From: Convolutriloba macropyga
Lineage: Eukaryota
NCBI RefSeq assembly: GCF_964194025.1
Contig: NC_134480.1
Coordinates: 9,300,001-9,364,000, forward strand
Length of the DNA: 64,000 nucleotides
Reading direction: 5' to 3'
Position 1 is the stretch's first letter. Each line of letters begins with the position of its first letter. Positions 13,436 to 25,431 of the stretch are shown here, in pieces. Under the pieces are notes generated by a model. It was given only the letters and a program-made list of their open reading frames with translations, was not told the origin of the DNA and did no database searches. A program made the translations under genes and the position numbers.

Positions 13436-13523
13436 GGCACAGATTTGTTGACATCACGGTCTAAGGCGCTGCGTTTAGGCCGCAGTATCTTCGGATGCGT
13501 GGGTTCGAATCCCACTCCTGTCA
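13436..13523 (+). pseudogene. Disrupted tRNA-Leu (anticodon TAG)
   Basis: 13457-13523 is identical to nt 16-82 of the 12487 tRNA except for the first anticodon base. The 5' GGCA remains at 13436, but nt 5-15 are replaced by a 17-nt copy of upstream sequence. Confidence 0.85.
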
Positions 13524-14039
13524 AGTTTTGAAGAGGTGGATATATAGCACCCAAACACACCAAACTTTCACCCGCAATTCAAACACAATAAATCACAACT
13601 CGTGAATTACGAAGATTTTGCTTGTTCAATACAACTTTCGGATCTTTTCCGCTAGCTCAGAAAATTATGGTAGTAGACGCCTTTACAAAGCTCGTAGTTA
13701 CTATAAACGTAATAAGAACAAGTTTCTGGTTAATGTTTACATTATATGCAGGGGGCGGGAGCGCTAGCGGATAAGATCCCAACTTTCCTGGGAATCATAC
13801 AAGGTCAAATATGATTTTCTTGGCCCCATTCAAGAACTTTACTTAGAAATAAGATATAATTTGTATGACATCATATAGGATCCTTTTATGAAAGCCAGGA
13901 AATGTCTACCCGGGAAAAAATAAACGAGTCAATAAAAGCAAATTTAATACATTTTATAGCAAATTCGACACTTTATAGATTTGTTGTCAACCAAACATGG
14001 AAAAATTCCACTCCGTGCATTATCACAAGGTTTTTTTGG

Positions 14040-14230
14040 GGGTCTTTCCCATTATAGCCGCCCCATAATATTATAGCCCCCCCCACCCTATGATATTATA
14101 GCCCCCCATTATTGTATATTTACCATGATGGGGGGCATCTGACCACTAATCTGGGGGGGGGGGGGGGGTGCTATAAGGTCATCTGACCACTAAGCTGGGG
14201 GGGGGGGGGCTATTATAATGGGAAAGACCC
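14040..14230. mobile_element. MITE with 17-bp TIRs
   Basis: GGGTCTTTCCCATTATA...TATAATGGGAAAGACCC; GTTTTTTT on both flanks (left copy offset by 2 nt); internal duplication CATCTGACCACTAA(T/G)CTG(n). Confidence 0.75.
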
Positions 14231-14903
14231 GTTTTTTTACTTACTGTCCATTTTCGTCATAACCTTCTGATTCATTGCTGAGCAGGAAAAGTATCAGGTC
14301 GTAAATAGAACTCACCACAAGAAAAAAATCACTATTTGAATATTTTTTTGAAGGTGTAGTCTTACTTTCAGTATTGTTCTCACTCAGCGTTGATAAAAGT
14401 TTTGTAACTTTATTTTAAGCGTGGGCACCATGGTGATTTGTGGGCATAAGGCTGATAACAAGAAAACTTTGAGAATCAACTGAACTTAGAACTGATTTCA
14501 ACCATGAGTTCCCCAACCAAGCATACCTTAAATTTATGATTTTATTCCTCAAAAAAAAAAAAATTAAGCGCACGTAAGTATCAATAACAGGTAGCGATAA
14601 TATAGACTGAAATGCAAAAATGCAAAAATGTATTACGAATCAATCGACAATAATTAATTATGTTGAGTGATTGGTTTGCCCAAAAAGTTAGAGTTAAAAA
14701 CTTATCAAAAAATTCAGCACTATTTTAACTCAGAAATAAAGTAACGTAAATTAAGCCGAATATTTCATCACCAGTTATAAAACGAAAAGGACCGATCGCT
14801 GTTTTCTTATTGCTAGCTATCCCGCTTCGACTACACAGAAACAAAAAAAATATGATTAATAATGAATTAATCATTTTGTCAGATAATTTTGATAATTATT
14901 TAC

Positions 14904-15034
14904 CTGAAGGGTGACATGTGTAAAGCAGTAGTCCATTTGTACTCTTCGTTTAACTGAAGGGTTGCGTATGAGGCATCGATGATCATCTGGACAAAAGCGA
15001 CCAGACTGTCTTGAACCAGAAAACGGAGAGAGTC
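14904..15034 (-). CDS. DNAH1: DNAH1 exon 8 (DSLRFLVQDSLVAFVQMI...SPFR)
   Basis: tttcag acceptor, AG|GTAAAT donor; continues MQ|DSLRFLVQDSL as in DNAH1; phases 0/2. Confidence 0.92.
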
Positions 15035-15938
15035 CTGAAAACACGGAGCAAATAATACGACCTGTTCTTTTAACACAATCAAGTATACCAGTTAGAGAAC
15101 ACTTTTGTTTATTTTAATATTTACTTTGTCAATCACAGCTCACATAGCTAGTTTTTCAACTATTTTTATTAGAATCTATTTATTAGATCTATTTATCAGA
15201 ATAATTTAAATGGAATACAGTGTGCATAATAAGACTATGTTTATGTTAAAATTGCCCCGCCTTGAAAATTTTTTGAAGAGAAAAACAAGTTTTAAATTCA
15301 AATTTCTTCAAATTTAGGGAGCAAGAATTCGTCAAATTTAATTTGCATTGTCAATTATTCATATTAAAGTCAAAGAAAATCCGATTGCAGTAGCTCTGAG
15401 CTCCGATTAACAGATATCTATTTCATTAAACTTGATATCATATAGCCTGCTGAATAAATTCAGTTGCTTGAAGATTTTTCCCAGATCGATGAACGCACGA
15501 ACGCTTTCCTTTATGATAACGACCCTCGGCATGTAAACTTGTCAAACAAATACGCGTTTCAACGACTCCAAGAGGAGTATTGAAGAAGCCCCTTTTTCAA
15601 TAACTTTTATTGGAGTGAATTTTAAAGCAGGAAATGAAAAACATGAAAAATTTTGAAGTGGTTTGGGTGCTGATCAAAATTGAAGAGTGGGGCGAAAAGA
15701 ATAGTCTTTTTGTTCATACTGCTGCTTTTTTTGAGAGAGTGGGAAAAGAAATTGAGGTACGAAAAAATTTTTCTGTACGCGAGCGAAATTTTTTGTCCAC
15801 GTTCGGCATTTTAAAACAACTTTCTCTTATTTTACTCCTGGTTTAGAAGTTTCATTATGATATTGTATTATTTTTAGAGTTGTTTTGTTGGTGGTTTGAG
15901 GGTTTCTGGTAATTAATATGAAATTTATATCAATTTGC

Positions 15939-17880
15939 AGATACCAATTGAGTACAGTTTTTTGGTATTAAACGTCTTTAGATACCAATTGAGTACAGTT
16001 TTTTGGTAATAAACGTTTTTAGATACCAATTGAGTACAGTTTTTTGGTATTAAACGTTTTTAGATACTAATTGTGTTTTTGGTATTAAACTTTTTTAGAT
16101 ACCAAGTGAGTACAGTTTTTTGGTATTAAACGTTTTTAGATACCAATTGAGTACAGTTTTTTTGGTATTAAACGTTTTCAGATACCAATTGAGTACAGTT
16201 TTTTTGGTATTAAACGATTTTAGATACCAATTGAGTACAGTTTTTTTGGTATTAAACGTTTTCAGATACCAGTTGAGTACAGTTTTTTTGGTATTAAACG
16301 TTTTTAGATACCAATTGAGTACAGTTTTTTGGTATTAAACGTTTTTAGATACCAACTGAGTACAGTTTTTTTTGGTATTAAACGTTTTTAGATACCAATT
16401 GAGTACAGTTTTTTGGTAGTAAACGTTTTTAGATACCAATTGAGTACAGTTTTCTTGGTATTAAACGTTTTTAGATACCAATTGAGTACAGTTTTTTGGT
16501 ATTAAACGTTTTTAGATACCAACTGAGTACAGTTTTTTTTGGTATTAAACGTTTTTAGATACCAATTGAGTACAGTTTTTTGGTATTAAACGTTTTTAGA
16601 TACCAATTGAGTACAGTTTTCTTGGTATTAAACGTTTTTAGATACCAATTGAGTACAGTTTTTTGGTATTAAACGTCTTTAGATACCAATTGAGTACAGT
16701 TTTTTGGTAATAAACGTTTTTAGATACCAATTGAGTACAGTTTTTTGGTAGTAAACGTTTTTAGATACCAATTGAGTACAGTTTTCTTGGTATTAAACGT
16801 TTTTAGATACCAATTGAGTACACTTTTTTGGTATTAAACGTTTTTAGATACCAACTGAGTACAGTTTTTTTTGGTATTAAACGTTTTTAGATACCAATTG
16901 AGTACAGTTTTTTGGTATTAAACGTTTTTAGATACCAATTGAGTACAGTTTTTTGGTATTAAACGTCTTTAGATACCAATTGAGTACAGTTTTTTGGTAA
17001 TAAACGTTTTTAGATACCAATTGAGTACAGTTTTTTGGTATTAAACGTATTTAGATAATAATTGTGTTTTTGGTATTAAACTTTTTTAGATACCAAGTGA
17101 GTACAGTTTTTTGGTATTAAACGTTTTTAGATACCAATTGAGTACAGTTTTTTTTGGTATTAAACGTTTTCAGATACCAATTGAGTACAGTTTTTTTGGT
17201 ATTAAACGATTTTAGATACCAATTGAGTACAGTTTTTTTGGTATTAAACGTTTTCAGATACCAGTTGAGTACAGTTTTTTTGGTATTAAACGTTTTTAGA
17301 TACCAATTGAGTACAGTTTTTTGGTATTAAACGTTTTTAGATACCAACTGAGTACAGTTTTTTTTGGTATTAAACGTTTTTAGATACCAATTGAGTACAG
17401 TTTTTTGGTATTAAACGTTTTTAGATACCAATTGAGTACAGTTTTCTTGGTATTAAACGTTTTTAGATACCAATTGAGTACAATTTTTTGGTATTAAACG
17501 TTTTTAGATACCAACTGAGTACAGTTTTTTTTGGTATTAAACGTTTTTAGATACCAATTGAGTACAGTTTTTTGGTATTAAACGTTTTTAGATACCAATT
17601 GAGTACAGTTTTTTGGTATTAAACGTTTTTAGATACGAATTGAGTACAGTTTTCTTGGTATTAAACGTTTTTAGATACCAATTGAAAACAGTTTTCTTGG
17701 TATTAAACGTTTTTAGATACCAATTGAGTACAGTTTTTTGGTATTAAACGTTTTTAGATACCAATTGATTACAGTTTTTTGGTATTAAACGTTTTTAGAT
17801 ACCAATTGAGTACAGTTTTTTTGATATTAAACGTTTTTAGATACCAATTGAGTACAATTTTTTTTGGTATTAAACGTTTT
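15939..17880. repeat. Minisatellite, 41-43-bp unit, about 46-47 copies
   Basis: Consensus AGATACCAATTGAGTACAGTTTTTTGGTATTAAACGTTTTT; length varies in the T run. Confidence 0.97.
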
Positions 17881-20800
17881 TTGTTGAGAAAAAATGACAA
17901 AACTGAAAAATTTTAAACAATTTTTCTTAATTTTTTTTAAAAAAAATTTCCATTTTTTTCAAACCTTAGAAAAGTTTCTGAGCCTATTATTACTTGCCTG
18001 TTGTTTTGCGATCATTTCAATACTATATTTGCTCTGTGGACTTTTTTTGCTCTATGTGCTCTCGTAAATCAGAAAATTCATACTTTTTCTAGATTTTTTT
18101 AAATGTTTTTTGTACTCTCCAAGTTTCTATAGCATTTGGGGATGTCTATGGATCAAGTTAGTTGTTTCTGCTAGCTTTTGATTGTTTTGATTGTAAATTT
18201 GAGTTGTTTTGGTAAAGACAATTGAGTAATTTTAAGAAAAATTGGGTGGATTTTGGTGTATTCTTTGCGTATCTTTGCTAATTTCTTCTGATTTTGTACT
18301 TTTCGATTCTTTTTACCGTTCAACCTTTTATTCAGTGTTTTTCTAGAGGTGTTGGTGGAAGTGAGTAGAAGCCAGACAGCGCACTTTTTAATGAAAAATA
18401 ATGCAAATTTCTAACTTTTTCGTTCTTCGCTTTTTTATTGTATAAATCGGCAACGTGGATAGCGCAAGCTTGGCAACAAGTAGTAGTAGAATTTTGTGAT
18501 CAACGAGTGAACGATTTAGTGAGTGAGTGATTCTGTGACACAGTAGGGAATGTGAATGAGTGCGGGTTTGAGCTAGCGGGAATATGAGAATTTTAAACTA
18601 AAAATGAACACTTTAACAGCTCCAATCTAATTTCACTTAGCTCCAAATTTATAAGTAACAAGACGACTCGGTGATGTGCGATCGAACATAAGGTTCCGAC
18701 CCCGCTCATCCACAATTTTGGCTTGATTATCTACCAAATGAGGAACATAGAAAAACCCAAAAATTCAAGTATTTTAAAAAAAAATTGGTGTATGAACAAA
18801 AAGAAAGTCTCCAAAGCAAATAACTAAGGTGGAGTAAAAATGGCGCTTTAGATTAATGAGATGTGCAAATATTAAGAAAGCGAGTCAAGACGAACAGCAA
18901 AATCAAACAACAGCAACAACAAAAATTAATTACATCAAAAACTTCATGTCCGTTTTAAAAAACAAAACTTAATAACAAAGTCGATATACCGTCAGATAAA
19001 ACTGATAATAAACAAAATAACTTGTAATTCACCAGAAAAGATAAGGGAGTAGTCAATAAAAAGGCTTGGTAACAAATAGACAATAAAGAACAAAAACAGT
19101 AAAGTTGAAAAATTCGCTTATTTTTTTTTAAAACAATTAATTTCGAAATAATGAAAACGCTTAGAAATCAAATAAAATATCCCATAGGTGTACGATTACC
19201 AATTCTTCCATAGAAGGAAATAAGAGCTGCCGGTATTCAATTTTTTACGCGGTTACAAAAAGAACATATAGACAACAAACAAAAAATTAAATAAAACTTG
19301 GCAGAAAACGCTTTCGAAACCGTAAAGCCAAACTATGGCCATCAAAATGTGTTCAATTGCACTTTCTGCAACCAGCGGTAATGTATTATGTGACCTCCCA
19401 TTAATGAAGCGAGGTAACAAGAAGACAAAAATGGAAAACAAAAAGCAAAAATAAGTAACACTTTAATTTTTTTTCAAAAAAAAATTTCCAAAGACATGAA
19501 CGCCATTAAGTAGAATAAAAAATTAATTAGGTTCGTATATTCCTCCAAAAGAAGCACATGAGAATTGTAATTATCTAGAATATGTCTTATGTCAACAAAA
19601 GAACGTCAAATATGACAAAAATCAAAAATTAATTTACTTTTTTCGTGTCGAAGCCAGAAAAGTCAACAAATTCTTTAAAAACATTATATTGTGTGACATT
19701 TCAAAACCTTCCTTTGACAGCAATAATGTCATAATTGGCCTGAAATTAACGAGACTAGATAGCAACCAGACAACAAAAGGAACAAAATTGCGAAGTTAAA
19801 AAGTGTTTTCTTTTTAATTTGGAAAACAGTAGTTTTCAGAGTCATGAAAGCTATCAGCTATCAACTAAAATCAGAATATCGTTTCATCTATTCCTTCATG
19901 AAAATGCAATGAAACCGGGTCATTGTACAAAAAAAATTCATACGACTAAAAAGAGAAAGTAAAAACGGCAGTTAAAGACAATGTTAAAAAATCAATTAAA
20001 TTTTTCGAGAAAGTAGTGTCGAAGCCGTTAAAATCGTAACCTATATCTTCAAGCATTTTATTAATATCAATTGTGCCTTATTTATAAAGCCAATAATGTG
20101 ATATATGAATTGTTAATAACGTGATAATGTGACAAAACTAGAAAACGTGAAAAATGTGCAAAATAACTAAAAATTAAGAAAATTTGAAATCTAGTTGTAT
20201 CAAAGCCAGTAGCCATAACTTAAGGCGTAAAACCGCAATAAAGATTGAATTTGATTTCAATAGAAAGAAGAAGCATTCTTTCTTTGCGGGCAATAAGCTA
20301 CAAGTTGTGCAAAGAAAGAGAAAAATAGAGGCAAAAGTTCAATAGGTCATTATTTATTTGAAAATCAAATACTTTTAAAAGTCAAAACGACCATAAGCTT
20401 TCAAGTAATCAACCAGATACAATATTGTGGAGCTAATTAGGAACCCAATTGGAACTATCATTAGTGAGCGTTTTGTTGAAATGTTCTGTTACTTAATTAT
20501 TGTAGAAGAGACCGAATTTTTTTTATAAAAAAGACCGACTGTTTACAATCCGAATTATTTTTGGATTATACCAGTCCAAGATTGGTCCAAAACTAGCCCT
20601 GCTAATGCTGTTTGTTCTTTAAGAACACTTAATTATGCAAATGTTATAGATATTGCTTTTTGTTAGTTAAAAACTCAAAAATAGATGCTGCGTGTTTGAT
20701 AATCAACGAATAAACTTAGCAAAAAACGGCGAAGTTTTAATTACAGAGCACTCTCAAGGGAATTTGAAGAAAAAAAGCCCCCTTTTGAGTCTACAAAAAT

Positions 20801-21628
20801 TGTGTTAGTGGTGCTTGGGTGTGTGCTTCCTGCAAATTTAATCAAAATGGACAAAAGAAACTTATTTCGTGCTGTTTTTCAAGAAAAAGTCTTAACTTTG
20901 AAATATTTAGCCAGAATTTTTGACAAAAAAAATTAAAAATTGCCTTCAATATTCTTGTGATTTTTTTGTTTTTACAAATAAAAATCAACCACACTTTAAA
21001 AAAAAATTCACAAATTTTAGCAAAATTGGCGAAGTTTTATTCAAAAATTCCGGAAAAAGTGAATAAAATCTCGCCGGAATTCACACTATTTTCTCAAAAT
21101 TTAAACCTCGATAACTCCCTGTAAAAAACGAAAATTAAAAAAATCTTTTTAATTCCATATTCTACGCTGGACAAGCTTTCTAATGATACCAGTCTCAACT
21201 CTCTACGATGAATATATCGATCGGCCAAAATTGACTGAACAAACGGAACAAAAAAAACCCGTTTGAGTATATAGTTCCTTCCCCCTCAAGAGGGATCGGA
21301 ACAAAAAGTTTTGAATTCTTACTAAAGGAAGAATCAAATTGATTGTTGCAATTCATGACTACGGTCTACATTATATATTTTCTTCCAAAATACCATGCAA
21401 AAAACGCCTTTCCGTGGCATATGCTAAGAAAATTGTTTCATTAAACAGATATGAACTTAAAGCGCTGCTATACACTTAATATCAGAAAGAAAAGAAAATT
21501 CATTTTAGCCTATTTTGAATAAATTAAACCAATTTTCCTATTTTTGACGCATTTTTTTTACTATTTTAAACTCAACTTCTCGCATTTCAAAGAAAATCAA
21601 CTTTTTCAAAACAAAAAACATAACTTGC

Positions 21629-22011
21629 CTGCATGCAGAATTTTACCATCTCCATAAATTTCTTCAGCTTCGAAATCTGATAAACCTCCCAGTTCGTCTC
21701 GTACAAATTGAACCAGCCACGACCTACTTCTCGCAAAGCAGCTCTAATCTCATTGGTCAACGAACTCTTCCACTGATCTCGTAGAAACAGAGACACAGTT
21801 GACGTCATTTGGCTTTGAGTTTGAACAAATTCCTCGACTTTCATCTGTTTCAAAATCGGAATGTGAAATAGGGATTTAGCTGAGACCTCGTTACATTCGG
21901 CTCGTACTTTCATTATTGCGGCGATTGCCTCGGTTCGGGTCAAAATGGATTCGAACGTGAAGGCGTCGAACTTTGAGGGGAAATCAATTTCAGGGACGTC
22001 TGGGTGCCGAC
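21629..22011 (-). CDS. DNAH1: DNAH1 exon 7 (RHPDVPEIDF...GRGWFNLYETNWEVYQISKLKKFMEMVKFCMQ)
   Basis: ttacag acceptor; GW.NL.ETNW.VY..SKL motif; ends at a non-canonical CAG|GCAAGT donor in phase 0. Confidence 0.92.
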
Positions 22012-22197
22012 CTGTAACAAACCCAATTTCAGAACTCACTAGCTGGGCGGAATGAGCGAGCTGAGTCGAAACAATCTTTGTTATCTCTACTCTTAAATTC
22101 TCGACCAATTTGCTTAACAAATTTGAGTTGTGAAACTTATTCTATCAGGTTTAAAAATCAATCTTTTTTAGTGTCCATGTTCAAATTTATTAAAAAC

Positions 22198-22302
22198 TCG
22201 ATAATGCCCCCCAGGTTAGTGGCCATATAACGTATACCCGCCATCATAGTTAACATATAATGATGGGGGCTATAATTTCGTGGGGGATAACGAGAAACAC
22301 CC
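22198..22302. mobile_element. Degenerate MITE of the same family
   Basis: CCCCCAGGTTAGTGGC and ATGGGGGCTATAATTTCGT shared with the 24084 copy; left end eroded. Confidence 0.5.
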
Positions 22303-22486
22303 CAAATTTCTATAACCAATCTTGCTGAAATTTTGTTATTAAGCCTTGCGTCTTGATATACATTTGAATATATAACGAGCTTGTACATACATATATCACC
22401 TTTTGTTGGCCTTTTCTTAGCTCAAGCTTTTCTTATGCAATTTTTTGTCTTTTTTATTCTGCCCATCCCCAGTGCCACTCTCTTAC

Positions 22487-22742
22487 CTTTGACGAGCGGT
22501 ATCTGCATTTTGTCCATTTGGTCTTTTGGCAATCTGATGTACGGGTAGGTAGCAGAGTTCTTCGCCACAATCTTGTCGAAAATGAGTCTGTTCAGAGTTC
22601 GAGTGAAGTCGATGTTGATCTCTCTTCTGAGAGAGGGCAGAACAGAATGGAGTTCTGAGTTCTGTTCTAGAGTGGCCTGTTTTGAAAAGCAGGATGTCTC
22701 CATTGCAAATTTACACATTCGGCTAAATGAGTCGTCGTCCAG
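22487..22742 (-). CDS. DNAH1: DNAH1 exon 6 (LDDDSFSR...REINIDFTRTLNRLIFDKIV)
   Basis: tttcag acceptor, G|GTAAGA donor; open frame; phases 0/1. Confidence 0.88.
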
Positions 22743-23668
22743 CTGAAACAACAAACAATCAATCACAACGCAACAGATATATTTTCCGATGAAAAACTAT
22801 GAAAAAAAAACATGTTCAGTATATTTTCAGAGAAACGTATCTATGATACAAATACTGCAGATAATGAGGTAGCAATATACTGTTAGCATACACTGATACA
22901 TTACTGATCACATGATATACTATTGGATTATAATGTTTCATTGTTGATATGCTGAGACTGGGATCCGGGAAGACATAACAGCGGGATAGAAATTTTAAGA
23001 CGGTTTCAAGAACTGCAATGTTAAGTTAATATCGTGCATAACTTGCTTTCAATTGCAATTTCAAAACTCTATTTTTTCAATAAATTTAACATCTATCAGT
23101 TTAATGGAGCTCTAATAAGTCATAAAAATTGCATTTGGCAATTATAAAAGCAAAAATGAGATTAAGCTGCCACTATAAGTTGCCTTGGTCATATTTTGAA
23201 CCTATTTCTATAAACATCTATACAAAAAATCGAACGTATTAAATATTAATAATCACACACATAATATTAAACTATATGTAATGATTATGATGATTATTAA
23301 GGCTTAGTCACTTTTTTGCTCTAAAAAGTCGATGTGGGGGTCATTTCTCTACCTTAAACTACAAAGTCGAAAAAAAACTGTGAAGATCAAGTAAAAGTCT
23401 TTTCATTACCCTGGTAGCCATTCCTTAGCAGTCATACAAGGATCTTATAGGATGCCACACAATTAATAACGCATTTCCTGATAAGATCCTTGCTTGACTT
23501 CAAAGAAATCATACATGATGATTGTATGAAACCAAAGAAATAAATGACCGTTGTAACATTTTGTTGAGAAAAACATATAAGAAGGCTTAATTCTGTTAAT
23601 CTCATAACTTTAAGCTACCAGATTTGTCGACTGATAGCTTTTTCATACCCTCTAATTTTCAAACTTAC

Positions 23669-23847
23669 ATCTGTGACCCCGTCCATAGGCATACAGTCCA
23701 AGTAGAGGTGGTACCTCAAGTGGGCCTCAGTTTGGTGTCTCTCGTCAAAAGCCTCCTTGACCCTGTGGGCAAATACTTGAGGGTCTTCGCTCTCAAACAT
23801 CAACTGGATCCTGGGAACCCAATACTGGGAGGGTATAAGCGTGACTG
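23669..23847 (-). CDS. DNAH1: DNAH1 exon 5 (QYWVPRIQLMFESEDP...YHLYLDCMP)
   Basis: Poly-T/cag acceptor, GTAAGT donor; conserved YWVPRIQL.F..EDP and LY.DCMP motifs; phases 1/0. Confidence 0.93.
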
Positions 23848-24083
23848 CTGAAAAAAAAATAAAATGATTCCTGTGTTGTTGAGTTTTATTTTAATTAACT
23901 TGCATGAACAAAGTGGTCTGCTTGATCTGTGTAATGTGTGTTAATATAATTCATTTAATTCAATTTTATTGAGGCTACATCTCTTTGACAGTCAATTGGG
24001 GTTTTTTCCTATATAATTTTGGGTGTTTTTTTTTCCGAGGATTTTTTTCCGAAACTGAACTTTTTATATGTGTAAAAAGTAAA

Positions 24084-24198
24084 GGGTCTTTCCCCCATTA
24101 GAGACCCCTCCCCCAGCTTAGTGGCTTCCCATTACCATTCAGTGTAATGGGGGCTATAATTTCGTTACGGGGGGGGGGGGCTAAAATGGGAAAGTACC
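24084..24198. mobile_element. MITE related to the 14040 copy
   Basis: GGGTCTTTCCCCCATT...AATGGGAAAGTACC; contains CCCCCAGCTTAGTGG, the reverse complement of the family core. Confidence 0.65.
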
Positions 24199-24260
24199 GA
24201 ATCAAAAAACATCAATTTTGATATTCATTCATTCTGAGGCAGCAGTTGTTAATTTCTTAC

Positions 24261-24425
24261 TCTCGGTTGTAGTCGTGGACATGTCATTGAGAGGGTGCCC
24301 ACTTTCAGAGACTATTTTGCCCTTCGAGTTCACTTTCTGTACCAGATAGAGAGATTCTCCCTCGTCGTATGAGAGCACACCCACTTCGTACCAGTCATAG
24401 TCCAGGGAAGGGTCTTTCGGGTCCA
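24261..24425 (-). CDS. DNAH1: DNAH1 exon 4 (DPKDPSLDYDWYEVGVLSYDEGESLYLVQK)
   Basis: cttag acceptor, GTAAGA donor; W.EVGVL.YD....YLV motif; phases 1/1. Confidence 0.9.
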
Positions 24426-25141
24426 CTAAGAAAAAAAACAGTTTTAACCCAGACTCATAAAGAAGTAAGTCATCACGTTAATTTAATAGGTTGATCAGAG
24501 ATTAGGCGTCAGAAATCTTTATAAGCCAAGCATTGCTTTCTGTCATCCGTTATCAATGACTTGTTTTTTCATAACCACCCAATGACTGCAATACAAATAT
24601 TTGGTTCAGTTATGAATTCGGTCTTTGATTATTTTTGAACAAATTACTTCCATAAACTAAAAAAAATAAACGGGATAGATTCTGTTTCGATTTGGTCGCC
24701 TACCATAGTACCCCTCCCCTCCTCCTCCTTTTCACAATTTTAAATTATCCAGCAAGATTCGTGTGAGCGGAATACAACAATCAAAACCCAATTTTAGATT
24801 CAACTAATACAATAGGAACGAATTTCATTTAGGTAGTGATAACCTAACTTCTCTAAACTCATATACAAAAGTATATCAATCTGTGTATCATTTTTTTCTA
24901 CCTGTATTTCACATGAAATGAAAACATTATTTTAAAATGGTGCAATATTGTTTATAAGAATTTGAAAATCGAAAAACTTCACTGGCAATTTTGATTTAAA
25001 AGTAGACAAATATTTTTTGGGTACAAATATAACTTGTCGCTCCTACTCTGTAACATAATTTTCCGTAATTTGAAAACAAAAATTATTTCAAATTCTGCAC
25101 GGAAATAGAAATACACTGCAAATATTTTGAAATTGGCTAAC

Positions 25142-25431
25142 ATTTTGGAATTTCATCTTTCTGGGGCAACAAACACAGAGCAGGAACTGGCTTATGACTC
25201 CCCTTGGTGTCAAGTCCACTTTCAATCCACTCAGTCGGAGTTCTCGAATCGTATTCGGTGTTATCGAATATATGAAGAGGGAGAAATATGGGGAATGGGT
25301 TCTCAGGGTCCGACTGCATGCCTCGGGCAAACTCGTTAGGGTTCACTCGCTTCGGCATTAGTTTCTTTGTGTCAATTTGTAACTCTTGCAAGAGTTCAGG
25401 CAGTGAAGAAGCGTTGTACTTTCTCTTTTTC
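25142..25431 (-). CDS. DNAH1: DNAH1 exon 3 (KKRKYNAS...FLPLHIFDNTEYDSRTPTEW...KPVPALCLLP)
   Basis: ttgcag acceptor, T|GTTAGC donor. FLPL..FDN..YD.RTP.EW and KPVP..LLP motifs of DNAH1; phases 2/1 fit the neighbours. Confidence 0.9.

Noticed and set aside
16120-16338. ORF with repeated VLNVFRYQLSTVFL
   Set aside because: Read-through of 42-nt satellite units.
15939-17880. CRISPR array
   Set aside because: Units are contiguous with no unique spacers, there are no cas genes, and the context is a eukaryotic intron.
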